DNA of 64,000 nt from a virus (taxonomy: Duplodnaviria > Caudoviricetes), in the IMG/VR virus record IMGVR_UViG_3300018430_000021, positions 96,001-160,000 of that record. One strand, given 5' to 3'. Below the pieces are notes generated by a model. That model was given only the letters and a program-made list of their open reading frames with translations. It searched no databases and was not told the DNA's origin. Both the position numbers and the translations under genes were made by a program. Shown here in pieces: positions 9,214 to 19,248 of this stretch (the first letter of the stretch is position 1; each line of letters starts with the position of its first letter).

Positions 9214-9241
9214 AAAACCTGGAAGTTTTTCCAGGTTTTTT
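9214..9241. terminator. bidirectional terminator
   Basis: aaaacctggaa-gttt-ttccaggtttt. Confidence 0.75.
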
Positions 9242-9265
9242 CTATATTTGGATATATATTCAGAA

Positions 9266-10243
9266 TTACGAGATCCAGAATTCTCCGTTCGGGGATTCGA
9301 GACGGATATTTTCGAGGCAGTAATCGTATTCTTCCTTATAGCTGGCATAGAGCGAATCACCGTTCAACTGACCACCGCCGGCGATAGTCAAAGTATATTT
9401 TCGGAGTGCATTTGCCCAGACCATGCCTGCACGAGCGACAACCATCTTACGGAACATAATATCGTTGAAAATCTTTACAGACTTCTGTTTTTTATAGACT
9501 TCCATAATTCCCTTACAAGGGTGACGCGGAGTAGGCCAAACTGAAAGTTCCTTTTCTTTCTCGTTGTATCGTACCTGATAAGATTCACCGAAATCCATCT
9601 TGGCCTGTTCGAGCCACTGAAGTGCAGCATTCCAGCTTCCGAGAACATCGCCGAAACCAGCACTGTTACCGTAACAGGAACCGCGGAAAATAGATGAAGC
9701 ATTCATACTCATTACAGAATCGTAAAGTGCATTGTGCGGGAGCGTGAAAAGTTCGTTAATGTCGCCGAGCCAGTTGGCCGTAGCGAAGTCAACGACGGAT
9801 TCCAATTCCTGACAAATCTTATAATGTGTACATCCAGGAATAAGGTCAAGAACCAAGTAATCACGATAGTTACCCTGACGGAAATAATATCTTTGGATGT
9901 AACGGATGCAGTCACCGATGATATAGTTTAACTGTTCATCTGAAATTTCAACGCAAATAACCGGACTACCGAGCATGAGCTTGATGTAGTTTCGAAGCAT
10001 TGCGATATTCTGAATAGTAGTAGCTTCCAAAACTGGGTCATTCTGACATGGACCAGGATAAGGAGGCATAGGCACCGAACCGGTATGTGCGTTCGGTGGC
10101 GGAACCGGTCTTCCAGAAGGAGGCATCGGTGGAGGTGGAGGAGGCATTGGACCAGGACCCGGTTTCGGAGACCAAGGGAAATTTGGAGGTGGAACCTGGA
10201 TAGGATCGCCAATAAAGCCTTCAGTATTCATTTCTTCATTCAT
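9266..10243 (-). CDS. neck protein gp13-like with a proline-rich N-terminal extension
   Basis: LRNYIKLMLGSPVICVEISDEQL and C-terminal KY...GGGQLNG match T4 gp13. Start moved to ATG 10243, 4 nt after TATAAATA. Confidence 0.85.
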   Translation of the reverse strand: MNEEMNTEGFIGDPIQVPPPNFPWSPKPGPGPMPPPPPPMPPSGRPVPPPNAHTGSVPMPPYPGPCQNDPVLEATTIQNIAMLRNYIKLMLGSPVICVEISDEQLNYIIGDCIRYIQRYYFRQGNYRDYLVLDLIPGCTHYKICQELESVVDFATANWLGDINELFTLPHNALYDSVMSMNASSIFRGSCYGNSAGFGDVLGSWNAALQWLEQAKMDFGESYQVRYNEKEKELSVWPTPRHPCKGIMEVYKKQKSVKIFNDIMFRKMVVARAGMVWANALRKYTLTIAGGGQLNGDSLYASYKEEYDYCLENIRLESPNGEFWIS

Positions 10244-10288
10244 ACTATATTTATAGAAACTGACCCTAAAGGCTGTTATAAATATAGC

Positions 10289-12835
10289 ATGGCTGAAGAA
10301 AAACAAATGAATAGCATCGAATATTACGTTCGAGAACATAAAAGATTAAATCCTGAACCGTATAAAACCAGCACATTTCCTGGTTTTTATGATGAGTCAG
10401 TTCTTAAAACTAAGGAAAAGACAAGTTCACCGTTAAATATTCCGGATGACGCATTACAGGATGAAAATGACGCGACCACTGAAAAAGGATGGATTGCGCC
10501 TTATGATTTTTATAAGAATAACAGCCATACAGTAAATGATGATATTGACCCGAATAACGGTTTTATTCAGGCTAAAGATACAACGACTGATAACGTTTTT
10601 AAATATAAGGATTTATATTGGTGGTGTGAAGATTTACATAACTGGTGTGTTTATAAGTCTGACTGTGTAAACTATCAGTATCTTAATTCTTTTTATCTTC
10701 ATGTCTGGAATGGTTTGGATAACTGGGTTCCGGCAACTTATTCTTTCAGAGTATTCCCAAATCAAAAGTTTGCACCGTTACAGAATAAAATTATAAATGC
10801 TAAACTTGACCGTGGTGAATATATTGTAATGCACCGTGGTGCATTGAAAAATACTCCGAATAACTGGCTTTTTAGTAATGGTCCATTGACTATTAACCAT
10901 GCTTTTGTACTTAAAAAGGCCGATAGATATAGTGTAAATTCAGAAAATAATTTCCAGGCAATACGATGGTCATCGCCTAAACATATTGTTAATACTACAG
11001 AATATAGCCAGGCAGATGATTTGATGAAAATATCTGTTGCGGGTAATACTTTCTATGTTGATTTTTATATTCGTGACGAATTCGCTAGAACTGACTCTAT
11101 GTGGGTCATGTTCACTACTGATGCGAATAATAAGGAAATTCCAGCTCATTCTCCATTCTATTCTAACCATCAGTTAAATTGTTGTCATAGAAAATCTTCA
11201 GGAAGCTGTACTTTTAGTTATCCTGTTTGCGAAAATGCTGGCGTAGGTAATGGCGCAGTAGCATACAAGAAAGAAAGTCAGTGTAATAGTTATAATAAGT
11301 ATAGTTCTTCACCGAGAACAATTTATTGGGATAATACAAACAGCGGCAGTTTTGAAAATAAGTTAATAACTGATAGAACAGCATTTGAAAATAAATATGG
11401 TTCTGAAAAATTAAAGACGCCGTTGAATTATCGATTCTGTAAATATAACCATGTGCTTATGTCATCATTGGCTATGGAAAAGATATTTGCAGTTCAGATT
11501 TATACAAGAGACAGTAATGGAAATCTTTCATTAGTACCAAATATCTGGATAAATCAAAATGCGCCGACAGGCGATAGAAGAAGTCTTGGTAATGTTACAA
11601 ATAATCCACCATTGTATATGAGTTATGTCGATATTGCTGAGCTTTTCTTTAAAGGAACAATGGATGGTCCTGTATTATGGTCAATGCCAGCAAATATTGA
11701 TAGTGACAATTCTACAGAAGATTATGACCGTGATATTATTTGGAAACCGAAGAATTATTTATTGATGACTACGTTGTTAAGTATGCTCCAAGAAGCATAC
11801 AATGATGAACATCCAAATAAGTTCTTTGATATGGATATTGAAAAGACAAAGAAATGGTATACGAATACGGTAGATACCATTTCGACAGAATCCATGTATT
11901 TTACGGTTTTATACCAACCAGATTCTAATAAAAATGTAGTAGTAAGACAGGAATTTTATAAACCGATTGTAGAAGAAAAAAATTTCGGTCATGATCCAAC
12001 TACTACTTATACGTGGGACACTGCTGGTTGGGTATATGCTATTCCAGGTGCAAATATTGGTGCAGCATTAGGTGACCTTATTTCTTGGGGAATGTCGTCT
12101 AGTGATAAGAAAAAATATATCAAACCACAGCCAGCAAATTCGGCAGTAATGTACTTCAGTCATGAAGATAATAAGTATACCTTGACAAGTGTAAAGGATT
12201 ATACTACTGTAGTTGGTGATGCCAATGAGAATAATACGAATATACAAGGTTATAGGGCAATGGGTTCTATTGTCGAGAACATGTTGAACAATTTGGCATC
12301 TGGACAAAGAATTGAAAATATTGACTCGATGATAATATACCCTGGCTATAAAGATTTTACTATTACAGTTAAGGAATTATTTAAGCCATCGACTTCTAAT
12401 CTTCGTGAAGGTACTAGTATTTCGAATCCGGCTATATACAGATTACCTACTGGCGATATTGCCTTGTGTTCTCAGTTGCATTGGGGCGGTGAACAACGTA
12501 TAATTGGTGGTCCTGGCAATTTGAATCTTCCTAATCCGGTTCAGGATAGTGTTGACAATGCTGATAAGTTTATCAATAAGCAATGCCAGCTTTATTTTGG
12601 AAACGGTAATAAGAAGACTATTAATGAACATTGGCTTAAGGAATATAATACGGAACTTGATTATTCAAGTAAAGATTTCGGTATTGTTGAAAATCAGGCA
12701 CTTCAGTCAGGCTTCGTTTTTGAACAAATAAATAATAATAATACTGATAAGTTTAAATTGACATTATCTACATATAGACCAGTTGTTATTACGAGCGTAT
12801 CTGGCGAAAATGTGGATGTCGCAAAGAAGTGGTAA
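10289..12835 (+). CDS. large hypothetical virion protein (848 aa)
   Basis: Start moved to ATG 10289, 4 nt after TATAAATA at 10277-10284. N/Y/W-rich; first gene of a tightly coupled operon. Confidence 0.7.
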   Translation: MAEEKQMNSIEYYVREHKRLNPEPYKTSTFPGFYDESVLKTKEKTSSPLNIPDDALQDENDATTEKGWIAPYDFYKNNSHTVNDDIDPNNGFIQAKDTTTDNVFKYKDLYWWCEDLHNWCVYKSDCVNYQYLNSFYLHVWNGLDNWVPATYSFRVFPNQKFAPLQNKIINAKLDRGEYIVMHRGALKNTPNNWLFSNGPLTINHAFVLKKADRYSVNSENNFQAIRWSSPKHIVNTTEYSQADDLMKISVAGNTFYVDFYIRDEFARTDSMWVMFTTDANNKEIPAHSPFYSNHQLNCCHRKSSGSCTFSYPVCENAGVGNGAVAYKKESQCNSYNKYSSSPRTIYWDNTNSGSFENKLITDRTAFENKYGSEKLKTPLNYRFCKYNHVLMSSLAMEKIFAVQIYTRDSNGNLSLVPNIWINQNAPTGDRRSLGNVTNNPPLYMSYVDIAELFFKGTMDGPVLWSMPANIDSDNSTEDYDRDIIWKPKNYLLMTTLLSMLQEAYNDEHPNKFFDMDIEKTKKWYTNTVDTISTESMYFTVLYQPDSNKNVVVRQEFYKPIVEEKNFGHDPTTTYTWDTAGWVYAIPGANIGAALGDLISWGMSSSDKKKYIKPQPANSAVMYFSHEDNKYTLTSVKDYTTVVGDANENNTNIQGYRAMGSIVENMLNNLASGQRIENIDSMIIYPGYKDFTITVKELFKPSTSNLREGTSISNPAIYRLPTGDIALCSQLHWGGEQRIIGGPGNLNLPNPVQDSVDNADKFINKQCQLYFGNGNKKTINEHWLKEYNTELDYSSKDFGIVENQALQSGFVFEQINNNNTDKFKLTLSTYRPVVITSVSGENVDVAKKW

Positions 12836-12836
12836 T

Positions 12837-15800
12837 ATGCAATCTTTCATTTTCAATAATTATAAGAAGAAGCTTTTAAGCGGTAGACTTTCACAAGATG
12901 ACGTATGGTCATTCTATCTCGTTAATAAGCAGTTTGGTGAAGACTTGGAAGAAGTCTTGCCGAGTATTACCGATATAGACGCTTTACAGGCTTTTATTTA
13001 TTCTACTGATGCGACTATTGCTAAGAAGGGTTCAGCGCTTGATAAGTATACTCAGCCGTATACTCCGGTTCGTTATACTTATAAGGTTGCCGATAAGACT
13101 GTTAATTCTGAAAGACCAAGTTATGTTGACCTTGATAACTGGGAAGAATTTAATAAGAAATACCCTAAACAGGTACATTTGTATCACTTCTTTTTTGTTC
13201 CCGGCGGTGCATTATATCGTGAATATGAAAGCGATGAACTTGACTATGCTGGAAATAAGGTAATGAAACCACGTGGTTTCTATTATGTAGAGACTACTGA
13301 AGAACTTAAATGGTGCGCTGAAAAGGTTAACGGTATTGTAAACGGTAATAAGTCTGAAGTTTACAATAATAAAATCAATATTGTTTTAGGTGACAATATC
13401 GGTTACGGAAAAGCTCTTGAAAATGAATACAAGGAAATAGATTTTTCAATCGGTTCTGATATTGATAGACCGTTTGAAGGTATCTTCTACGGTAATGGTT
13501 ATATAATTCAGAATATTGAATTGGTATGTAAAGGAAATAGCACCGGTTTAATTGGCTATCTCGGTACAAGCGGTTTAATCCATACTATTCGTGTAGCCGG
13601 TCATAATTTGATTCGTTGTGGTAAAAAACTAAATATTACCCACATGATGCAGGATGCCAGCGATATAAATGCTGGTTTCCTTTGCGGTAAGAATAATGGT
13701 ACTATTTCAGATGTAACCTTTACAGGTAAGGTTACTTTTGCTGATTTTGTTCCAGGAGTTTATACTGTAAGTAATAAAACTGACGAAGATGGAAATGCTT
13801 TCGATAATCCTGATGTAAATACATATTATCCAGATTATCTTTGTATAAATTCTATTGCAAATATTGTTCCATATATCGGTTATTTCAATGAAGGTGTTTT
13901 CGGTACTTGGGCATATAGTGCAGGCCCGTCACTTTATCCGACAAACCAGTTCAGTGCATCCAATAAAGGTTTTTGGAAGTCTAATGCAGTTTATGCCGGT
14001 GATATATCTGTTGGAACAATCAGTAATTACTATCCTTATGATAATCGTGGTTGTGGTGAATGGGCATATCCGAAAGCTGTAGATAATGCGAATGACATTT
14101 ATGAATCTGTAACGGGTCATACATTGTTCTATTCTATCAATACAATGTTTGATACCAATATGTTGGTCGCTGGAAAACAGACTGACTGGAGTACATATCT
14201 TTCGTTATTGAAATATACATATTCTGCAAATCCTACTACAAGGCATTCGATTTGGAATTGGGAAATTCAGTCTACACAGTATCTTGATAAGCCTTTAAAG
14301 ATGCACCAGTTTAACCGTGTTGCTTATAATACTGGTTTGCTTATCGGTTGTAATGAAGGTTCTGTTTATAATATTGCAATGAATGCGACAGCATATACTT
14401 CTGGTACTTATGTTGGTTTCTTAGGAGGTATCGCGGGTAAGCAAGCAGTTAATGGTAATTATGGTTTCAATAACGTTTGTGTTAACTTGACCGCTGCTGA
14501 CGTTGTAGACGACAAACGCGATTATTATATTTCTGACGACGGTGATACTGTTCGTGTTGAAGATACTAACCCAGAAAATATTGTAGAATTCGTAACTGAT
14601 TTGTTGGCTTCCGAACCGAATTATTCAGTTTTGAATAACCCGTTGTATGGAACAAAAAGCTTATATAACAGCGACGAATATCGTAAAAAATTAAATATCG
14701 GTGGTACTAATTCTGATGGTACTTTTGACTGGGGTGATACTTCGTTAATTCGATTGAATATTAACGGTTATTCCGGTATGACCTCTGGAACTCTTAATCA
14801 TGAGTTTGATATTGCACAATCCGCATTTGATGGTATTTGCTATCATTATAATGGATTTGGTTATGAAATGCCAGCTCCGCCATATATCGAACCGCATCAG
14901 AAGTTTGCAAATGCTTGGATTTTAAGGAATACCATTTTAGCCAACAGTGCATATTCTGGCAGTCTTACCGCTATTAATACGGTTGAACCTTATTCTGGTA
15001 TGCATGTTGAAGATTCTGCTGAAATTGCATTATCAAACTATGAAATTTTTGATAAGCGTACAGGCGGAACTTATGGATTTAATCATTCCAAGTCTTTGGG
15101 TATAATTTATAATTACGGTCGTTACGGACATGAAGGATCTTTAACTAATGATATTAAAGACCCATACAGTAAAGATACTGACGGAAATGCTCTTTCCAAC
15201 GATGACAAGATTCAGGTTAGAGAAGCTAATTTGGTAGCAGGTCCTGAAGGCTATGCATTTACAACCTATACTGATTTTGCTACTTATAGTATTGATAAGT
15301 GGTATAATAGTTGGGGTATTAGAGATTCTGTAAAACTTGCATTTGACCATTTTGGTTCTAATGGATTTGCAAAAGATGAATTCTATATTTACAACTGTGC
15401 TATTGGAAATTTGGTTCTTAAAAAGCGTGATACAGAGTTAAGACTACCTAATACATTTGAACGTACAATGTATAATGTAGCCGGAATTTATGGCACAAAC
15501 AGCTATACTTATGATACCTATGATATTGTTGGTGCTACTAATGTAGTATTGTCGATTTACATTAAAAATGTAGTAGCTAAAACTGTTAGCTATTATACTT
15601 TGACTATTCCAGAAATCTTGAATAGTGACCAGAGCATTGGCGGTACGAAGTTTACGAATAAGGCTTCTAAAGAATTCTTCATTGCAAACTATGAAAATCC
15701 GAATGCTAATAAGCCAGTAGTATCGTTCTTGAAGGAACGTTATGTAATTGACGGTTGTAAGAACTATAAGATTGAATTGAAGTCCATTAAGAATATTGGT

Positions 15801-17831
15801 GCTTTGTTTGGTTCATTGGTTCTTGGTACTAATAGCACGATGACTAATGTTTCTGCTTACTTGAATAATCAGCATACAACTTGTTTTGAAAGTTTTGCTA
15901 ACCATAAGTGTATTGAAGGCGGTTTGATTTCTGATTTGGGAACTGTTGTCAATATTAGTGCTTTCGATGTAAGTGCTGCAAGTGCTTCTAACAATTTCTT
16001 TAATGATGAAAATCTTAAGAAAATCTGTACGGGACGTAATGGATATTTCATGACGTCTTCGAATCCTGGTCAGCCTGAAGTTTATGTCAAGTATAAGACA
16101 CTTAGCGGTATAAATTATGGTTATTGGAGTGACGTAGACGGGTTTAAACTTTCCGGTGGTATGACTGTTGGTCTTTTTGGCAACAGCCTTATGTATGCAT
16201 TCTCTCCGTTTGCACATCCAGAATTACATGACTATTCATTTGATAACCGCTTTGCGCCATTCGCAGCAGTTTGTGAATATAATTCTTCGAATATTAGCGA
16301 TAAGTATATTAAGAGTACAGCAGCGGTTCAACATTATATTGCTATGAACAATATCAACTGTGTATATACTGAATCTAATAATTATTCAGATATACAGGCA
16401 GGTCCTTATAGACATTATGGTCCGATGATTCTTGCAAATAACGATTGGCAGTTCTCTCGTGATAAGGCATTCAACGCATATATGAATACCATTATTCCGA
16501 CTTATGCTTTCGGTATCGCATTACCGTTTATCGCAGAAATTAAGCCAACATATATGGCAATTCCGTCGATTAACCAGTCGCCGTTGTCGAATATTGATAC
16601 TTACGGTGATTATACACCGTCTGCAGCATATAAGCGCTTAGGTATGTTTACGATGGACCAGATTGTTGCTGCTCCGACAAATGACCCTAACTATTGGTCT
16701 ATTAACCTTAACGTTGACCTTCCCGGCTTTGCAGGTATCATTGATAGAACCGAAAATAAGAATACTCAAGTAATGAAGGCATTTGGTTTTGAGATTAATA
16801 ATGAGGATTCTTCGTTTGAACGCGGTAAGACTACTGGTAATTTGCTTGACCACTTGTTTAACATGGATCAGGTAAAAATCAATAAGCTCTATTACGGTTA
16901 TATTAGTCCGGAAACCAATGAAATTGTTCCAGGCGAAGGTTATGGCCGAATGCTTCATAATTATGCAGAAGTTGCTGATACCATGAGACTCGGAATGGAC
17001 CCGCAGTCTGCAAATGATATTGACCCTGATATTTCTGTGTATACTCAGAATAAGGTTCTTGCACCGGATATGTATTTCGGTAGTGACCTTATATTGTATA
17101 AGGATGTTCCGTATGCAAGCGGTTATTATGGTGATCCTGGCGCAATGACTATTATCGGTAATAATTATAATCCGTTTAGCATCGGTGAATATCATCAGTA
17201 TTTCTCTCCGGTAACTACGAGCGCCGTAACAAATAACGTTTTGGCAACTGAACCGTTCAAGTACAACAAGACCGTCAATATAATCAATAGTATTAAGGAC
17301 CTTGTAAAGGATAAGGACTATGGTTGGTTGTGGTCTGGTATCAAGGGAAATATTATCAAGGCCAATGCTGCAGATGCTTATACCGGTACAGACAAGTTCA
17401 AGTATAATTTCGTTAAGGAAGTTCTTACTTCTGCTCGTAAATTTACGCTTCCGGTAAAGCTTGAAGAAAACGCCAATAAGTATGGCTTCTGGTTCAGCGA
17501 TAGCGTAAGTGCATTGTCTTATGATAAGAAGAACTGTAAATATTATAACGGCGATAATGATGAAATTCGTTATGATGGTTCATTATTGCACTTAGGCGCT
17601 ACATTCTCGGAAAAGTCTATCTTGGATAGCCTTAAGACAGAACGTATTATTTCTGCTGCAAGCGGCATTATTTGTGAAGACTTTGATGGTTTGCTTGTTG
17701 TCGATAAGCATAAAAATAACGTGATGTATATAGATGTAGGTCTCGGTGAATGCGACGGTACTCAGTCTTGGTCTATGACTTGTAGTGCTGAGGGTGTTAA
17801 CGGTAAGGGATTAATCATGGAGATTGAATAA
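12837..17831 (+). CDS. very large putative fibre/adhesin (1664 aa) with GLUG-like beta-helix motifs
   Basis: PFEGIFYGNGYIIQNI, GLIGYLG, GFLCGKNNGTIS and LGGIAG motifs; ATG 12837 directly follows the upstream TAA. Confidence 0.6.
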   Translation: MQSFIFNNYKKKLLSGRLSQDDVWSFYLVNKQFGEDLEEVLPSITDIDALQAFIYSTDATIAKKGSALDKYTQPYTPVRYTYKVADKTVNSERPSYVDLDNWEEFNKKYPKQVHLYHFFFVPGGALYREYESDELDYAGNKVMKPRGFYYVETTEELKWCAEKVNGIVNGNKSEVYNNKINIVLGDNIGYGKALENEYKEIDFSIGSDIDRPFEGIFYGNGYIIQNIELVCKGNSTGLIGYLGTSGLIHTIRVAGHNLIRCGKKLNITHMMQDASDINAGFLCGKNNGTISDVTFTGKVTFADFVPGVYTVSNKTDEDGNAFDNPDVNTYYPDYLCINSIANIVPYIGYFNEGVFGTWAYSAGPSLYPTNQFSASNKGFWKSNAVYAGDISVGTISNYYPYDNRGCGEWAYPKAVDNANDIYESVTGHTLFYSINTMFDTNMLVAGKQTDWSTYLSLLKYTYSANPTTRHSIWNWEIQSTQYLDKPLKMHQFNRVAYNTGLLIGCNEGSVYNIAMNATAYTSGTYVGFLGGIAGKQAVNGNYGFNNVCVNLTAADVVDDKRDYYISDDGDTVRVEDTNPENIVEFVTDLLASEPNYSVLNNPLYGTKSLYNSDEYRKKLNIGGTNSDGTFDWGDTSLIRLNINGYSGMTSGTLNHEFDIAQSAFDGICYHYNGFGYEMPAPPYIEPHQKFANAWILRNTILANSAYSGSLTAINTVEPYSGMHVEDSAEIALSNYEIFDKRTGGTYGFNHSKSLGIIYNYGRYGHEGSLTNDIKDPYSKDTDGNALSNDDKIQVREANLVAGPEGYAFTTYTDFATYSIDKWYNSWGIRDSVKLAFDHFGSNGFAKDEFYIYNCAIGNLVLKKRDTELRLPNTFERTMYNVAGIYGTNSYTYDTYDIVGATNVVLSIYIKNVVAKTVSYYTLTIPEILNSDQSIGGTKFTNKASKEFFIANYENPNANKPVVSFLKERYVIDGCKNYKIELKSIKNIGALFGSLVLGTNSTMTNVSAYLNNQHTTCFESFANHKCIEGGLISDLGTVVNISAFDVSAASASNNFFNDENLKKICTGRNGYFMTSSNPGQPEVYVKYKTLSGINYGYWSDVDGFKLSGGMTVGLFGNSLMYAFSPFAHPELHDYSFDNRFAPFAAVCEYNSSNISDKYIKSTAAVQHYIAMNNINCVYTESNNYSDIQAGPYRHYGPMILANNDWQFSRDKAFNAYMNTIIPTYAFGIALPFIAEIKPTYMAIPSINQSPLSNIDTYGDYTPSAAYKRLGMFTMDQIVAAPTNDPNYWSINLNVDLPGFAGIIDRTENKNTQVMKAFGFEINNEDSSFERGKTTGNLLDHLFNMDQVKINKLYYGYISPETNEIVPGEGYGRMLHNYAEVADTMRLGMDPQSANDIDPDISVYTQNKVLAPDMYFGSDLILYKDVPYASGYYGDPGAMTIIGNNYNPFSIGEYHQYFSPVTTSAVTNNVLATEPFKYNKTVNIINSIKDLVKDKDYGWLWSGIKGNIIKANAADAYTGTDKFKYNFVKEVLTSARKFTLPVKLEENANKYGFWFSDSVSALSYDKKNCKYYNGDNDEIRYDGSLLHLGATFSEKSILDSLKTERIISAASGIICEDFDGLLVVDKHKNNVMYIDVGLGECDGTQSWSMTCSAEGVNGKGLIMEIE

Positions 17832-18643
17832 TGTCTGTTGAGTTAGAGTCAGTCAAATATAGTAAAGTTGATAATATCAATAGCAAGGAAATAAAGGTAA
17901 GTCCTGCTAAAAGCGTGGTATTCAGACGCTATATTGATTATTTAACTATGAATGATACTCAAAAGCGAATCCGTGATTTTAATCCTGGACGTTACCATAT
18001 CTATACATTTCCGATAGTTCCTGGAATATCTAATTCTGTAAAATGGAAGTGGGATAAAGAATCGGATAAAGACATTTATTATCTCAGTCAGTATAAAGGA
18101 ACAGATATTGGCTGTTTAAAAACAGTAACTTTTTTGACGGTCGATAAGGACACACTTACACCGTCGAATAAAAGTTATGAAAAATTATTTGATATTCCTG
18201 TATCTGCATGGCTATTTTCTACTAGGAAGAATTTTGATTCTTATATAAAAGATGACTATAATTATACTGCGTATAACTATAATCCTGTAGCTAATAGACT
18301 TAATAGAAAGAACTATGAAGAGACAATATTAAAACCTAATAATTTCAATTTTAATTATTGGGGTCAGACATATGATTTCGGAAGCGGTTATAACAATGAA
18401 GATTATTTGCTTTATGGAATAACTGAAACTACTTTTGAAGATAGCCAGACTGAAATGACTTCGCTGCCATGCGATTATGAAATCAAGAAAATGACTACGA
18501 AGAGCGCAGCCATTGTAATCGCATATCATGCGGATGATATTATAATTCCGGTAACGTATGCGGAATTGCATAATTCTTTCTATACGCCGGATGGAATAAT
18601 TAGAATTGAATGGTCACAAAACGGTATTATAACTATAGTGTAA
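17831..18643 (+). CDS. hypothetical protein
   Basis: TAATG translational coupling with the upstream gene. Confidence 0.7.
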   Translation: MSVELESVKYSKVDNINSKEIKVSPAKSVVFRRYIDYLTMNDTQKRIRDFNPGRYHIYTFPIVPGISNSVKWKWDKESDKDIYYLSQYKGTDIGCLKTVTFLTVDKDTLTPSNKSYEKLFDIPVSAWLFSTRKNFDSYIKDDYNYTAYNYNPVANRLNRKNYEETILKPNNFNFNYWGQTYDFGSGYNNEDYLLYGITETTFEDSQTEMTSLPCDYEIKKMTTKSAAIVIAYHADDIIIPVTYAELHNSFYTPDGIIRIEWSQNGIITIV

Positions 18644-18644
18644 T

Positions 18645-19241
18645 ATGCACAGAGGATTCGGAACAGTATTGAGACCACATTTATGGGGTTGTAATAAGCC
18701 AGAGCTTTCGAGAGTGGCTATTTCTACTGCTATACAAGAATATTTTACTGAAGCATTTAACACACATACGGCTTTACCGTGTTTTATGGTACAAGGCGCT
18801 ATTACAACTCCTGCAGGAGTTACAACACCGGCTATTGGACCAATAGGAACTATAAGTACATTTATTCCCGGTATAATTAACCCGTTGACATTTACACAAA
18901 AGATAAAGAAAGAACCGTTTTATGTTCAGCTTGTATCTATTATAACGGATTTCTTAAGAACTTGTACTGTAACCGTTGATATTAAAAATATCGGTGCTGT
19001 TGTACCTATGATGGTACCGTTTCAAGGCTTGTTGAATTTGACACCGTTCGGTCAACAACTTGAAACAAGCATGAAGACTATAAAAGCCCCAAATGCAGAA
19101 GCTTGGTATGCAGGACTTGATTTGTATTTTGAAAGTATTTGGACTTATATTTTAGGAACACAAGTTTTCTATTCTTCTCCATGTGCGGGCGGTGTCTTCA
19201 ACGGGACTATTACATTTACCGGCCTTTCTTTGGCTGTATAA
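18645..19241 (+). CDS. hypothetical (probable virion) protein
   Basis: 198-aa ORF within the operon. Confidence 0.65.
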   Translation: MHRGFGTVLRPHLWGCNKPELSRVAISTAIQEYFTEAFNTHTALPCFMVQGAITTPAGVTTPAIGPIGTISTFIPGIINPLTFTQKIKKEPFYVQLVSIITDFLRTCTVTVDIKNIGAVVPMMVPFQGLLNLTPFGQQLETSMKTIKAPNAEAWYAGLDLYFESIWTYILGTQVFYSSPCAGGVFNGTITFTGLSLAV

Positions 19242-19248
19242 ATAAGGT

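Noticed and set aside
10085-10339. ORF-track starts at 10085 (+) and 10339 (-) implying overlapping divergent genes
   Set aside because: Late promoters place the starts at 10289 and 10243, which removes the overlap.
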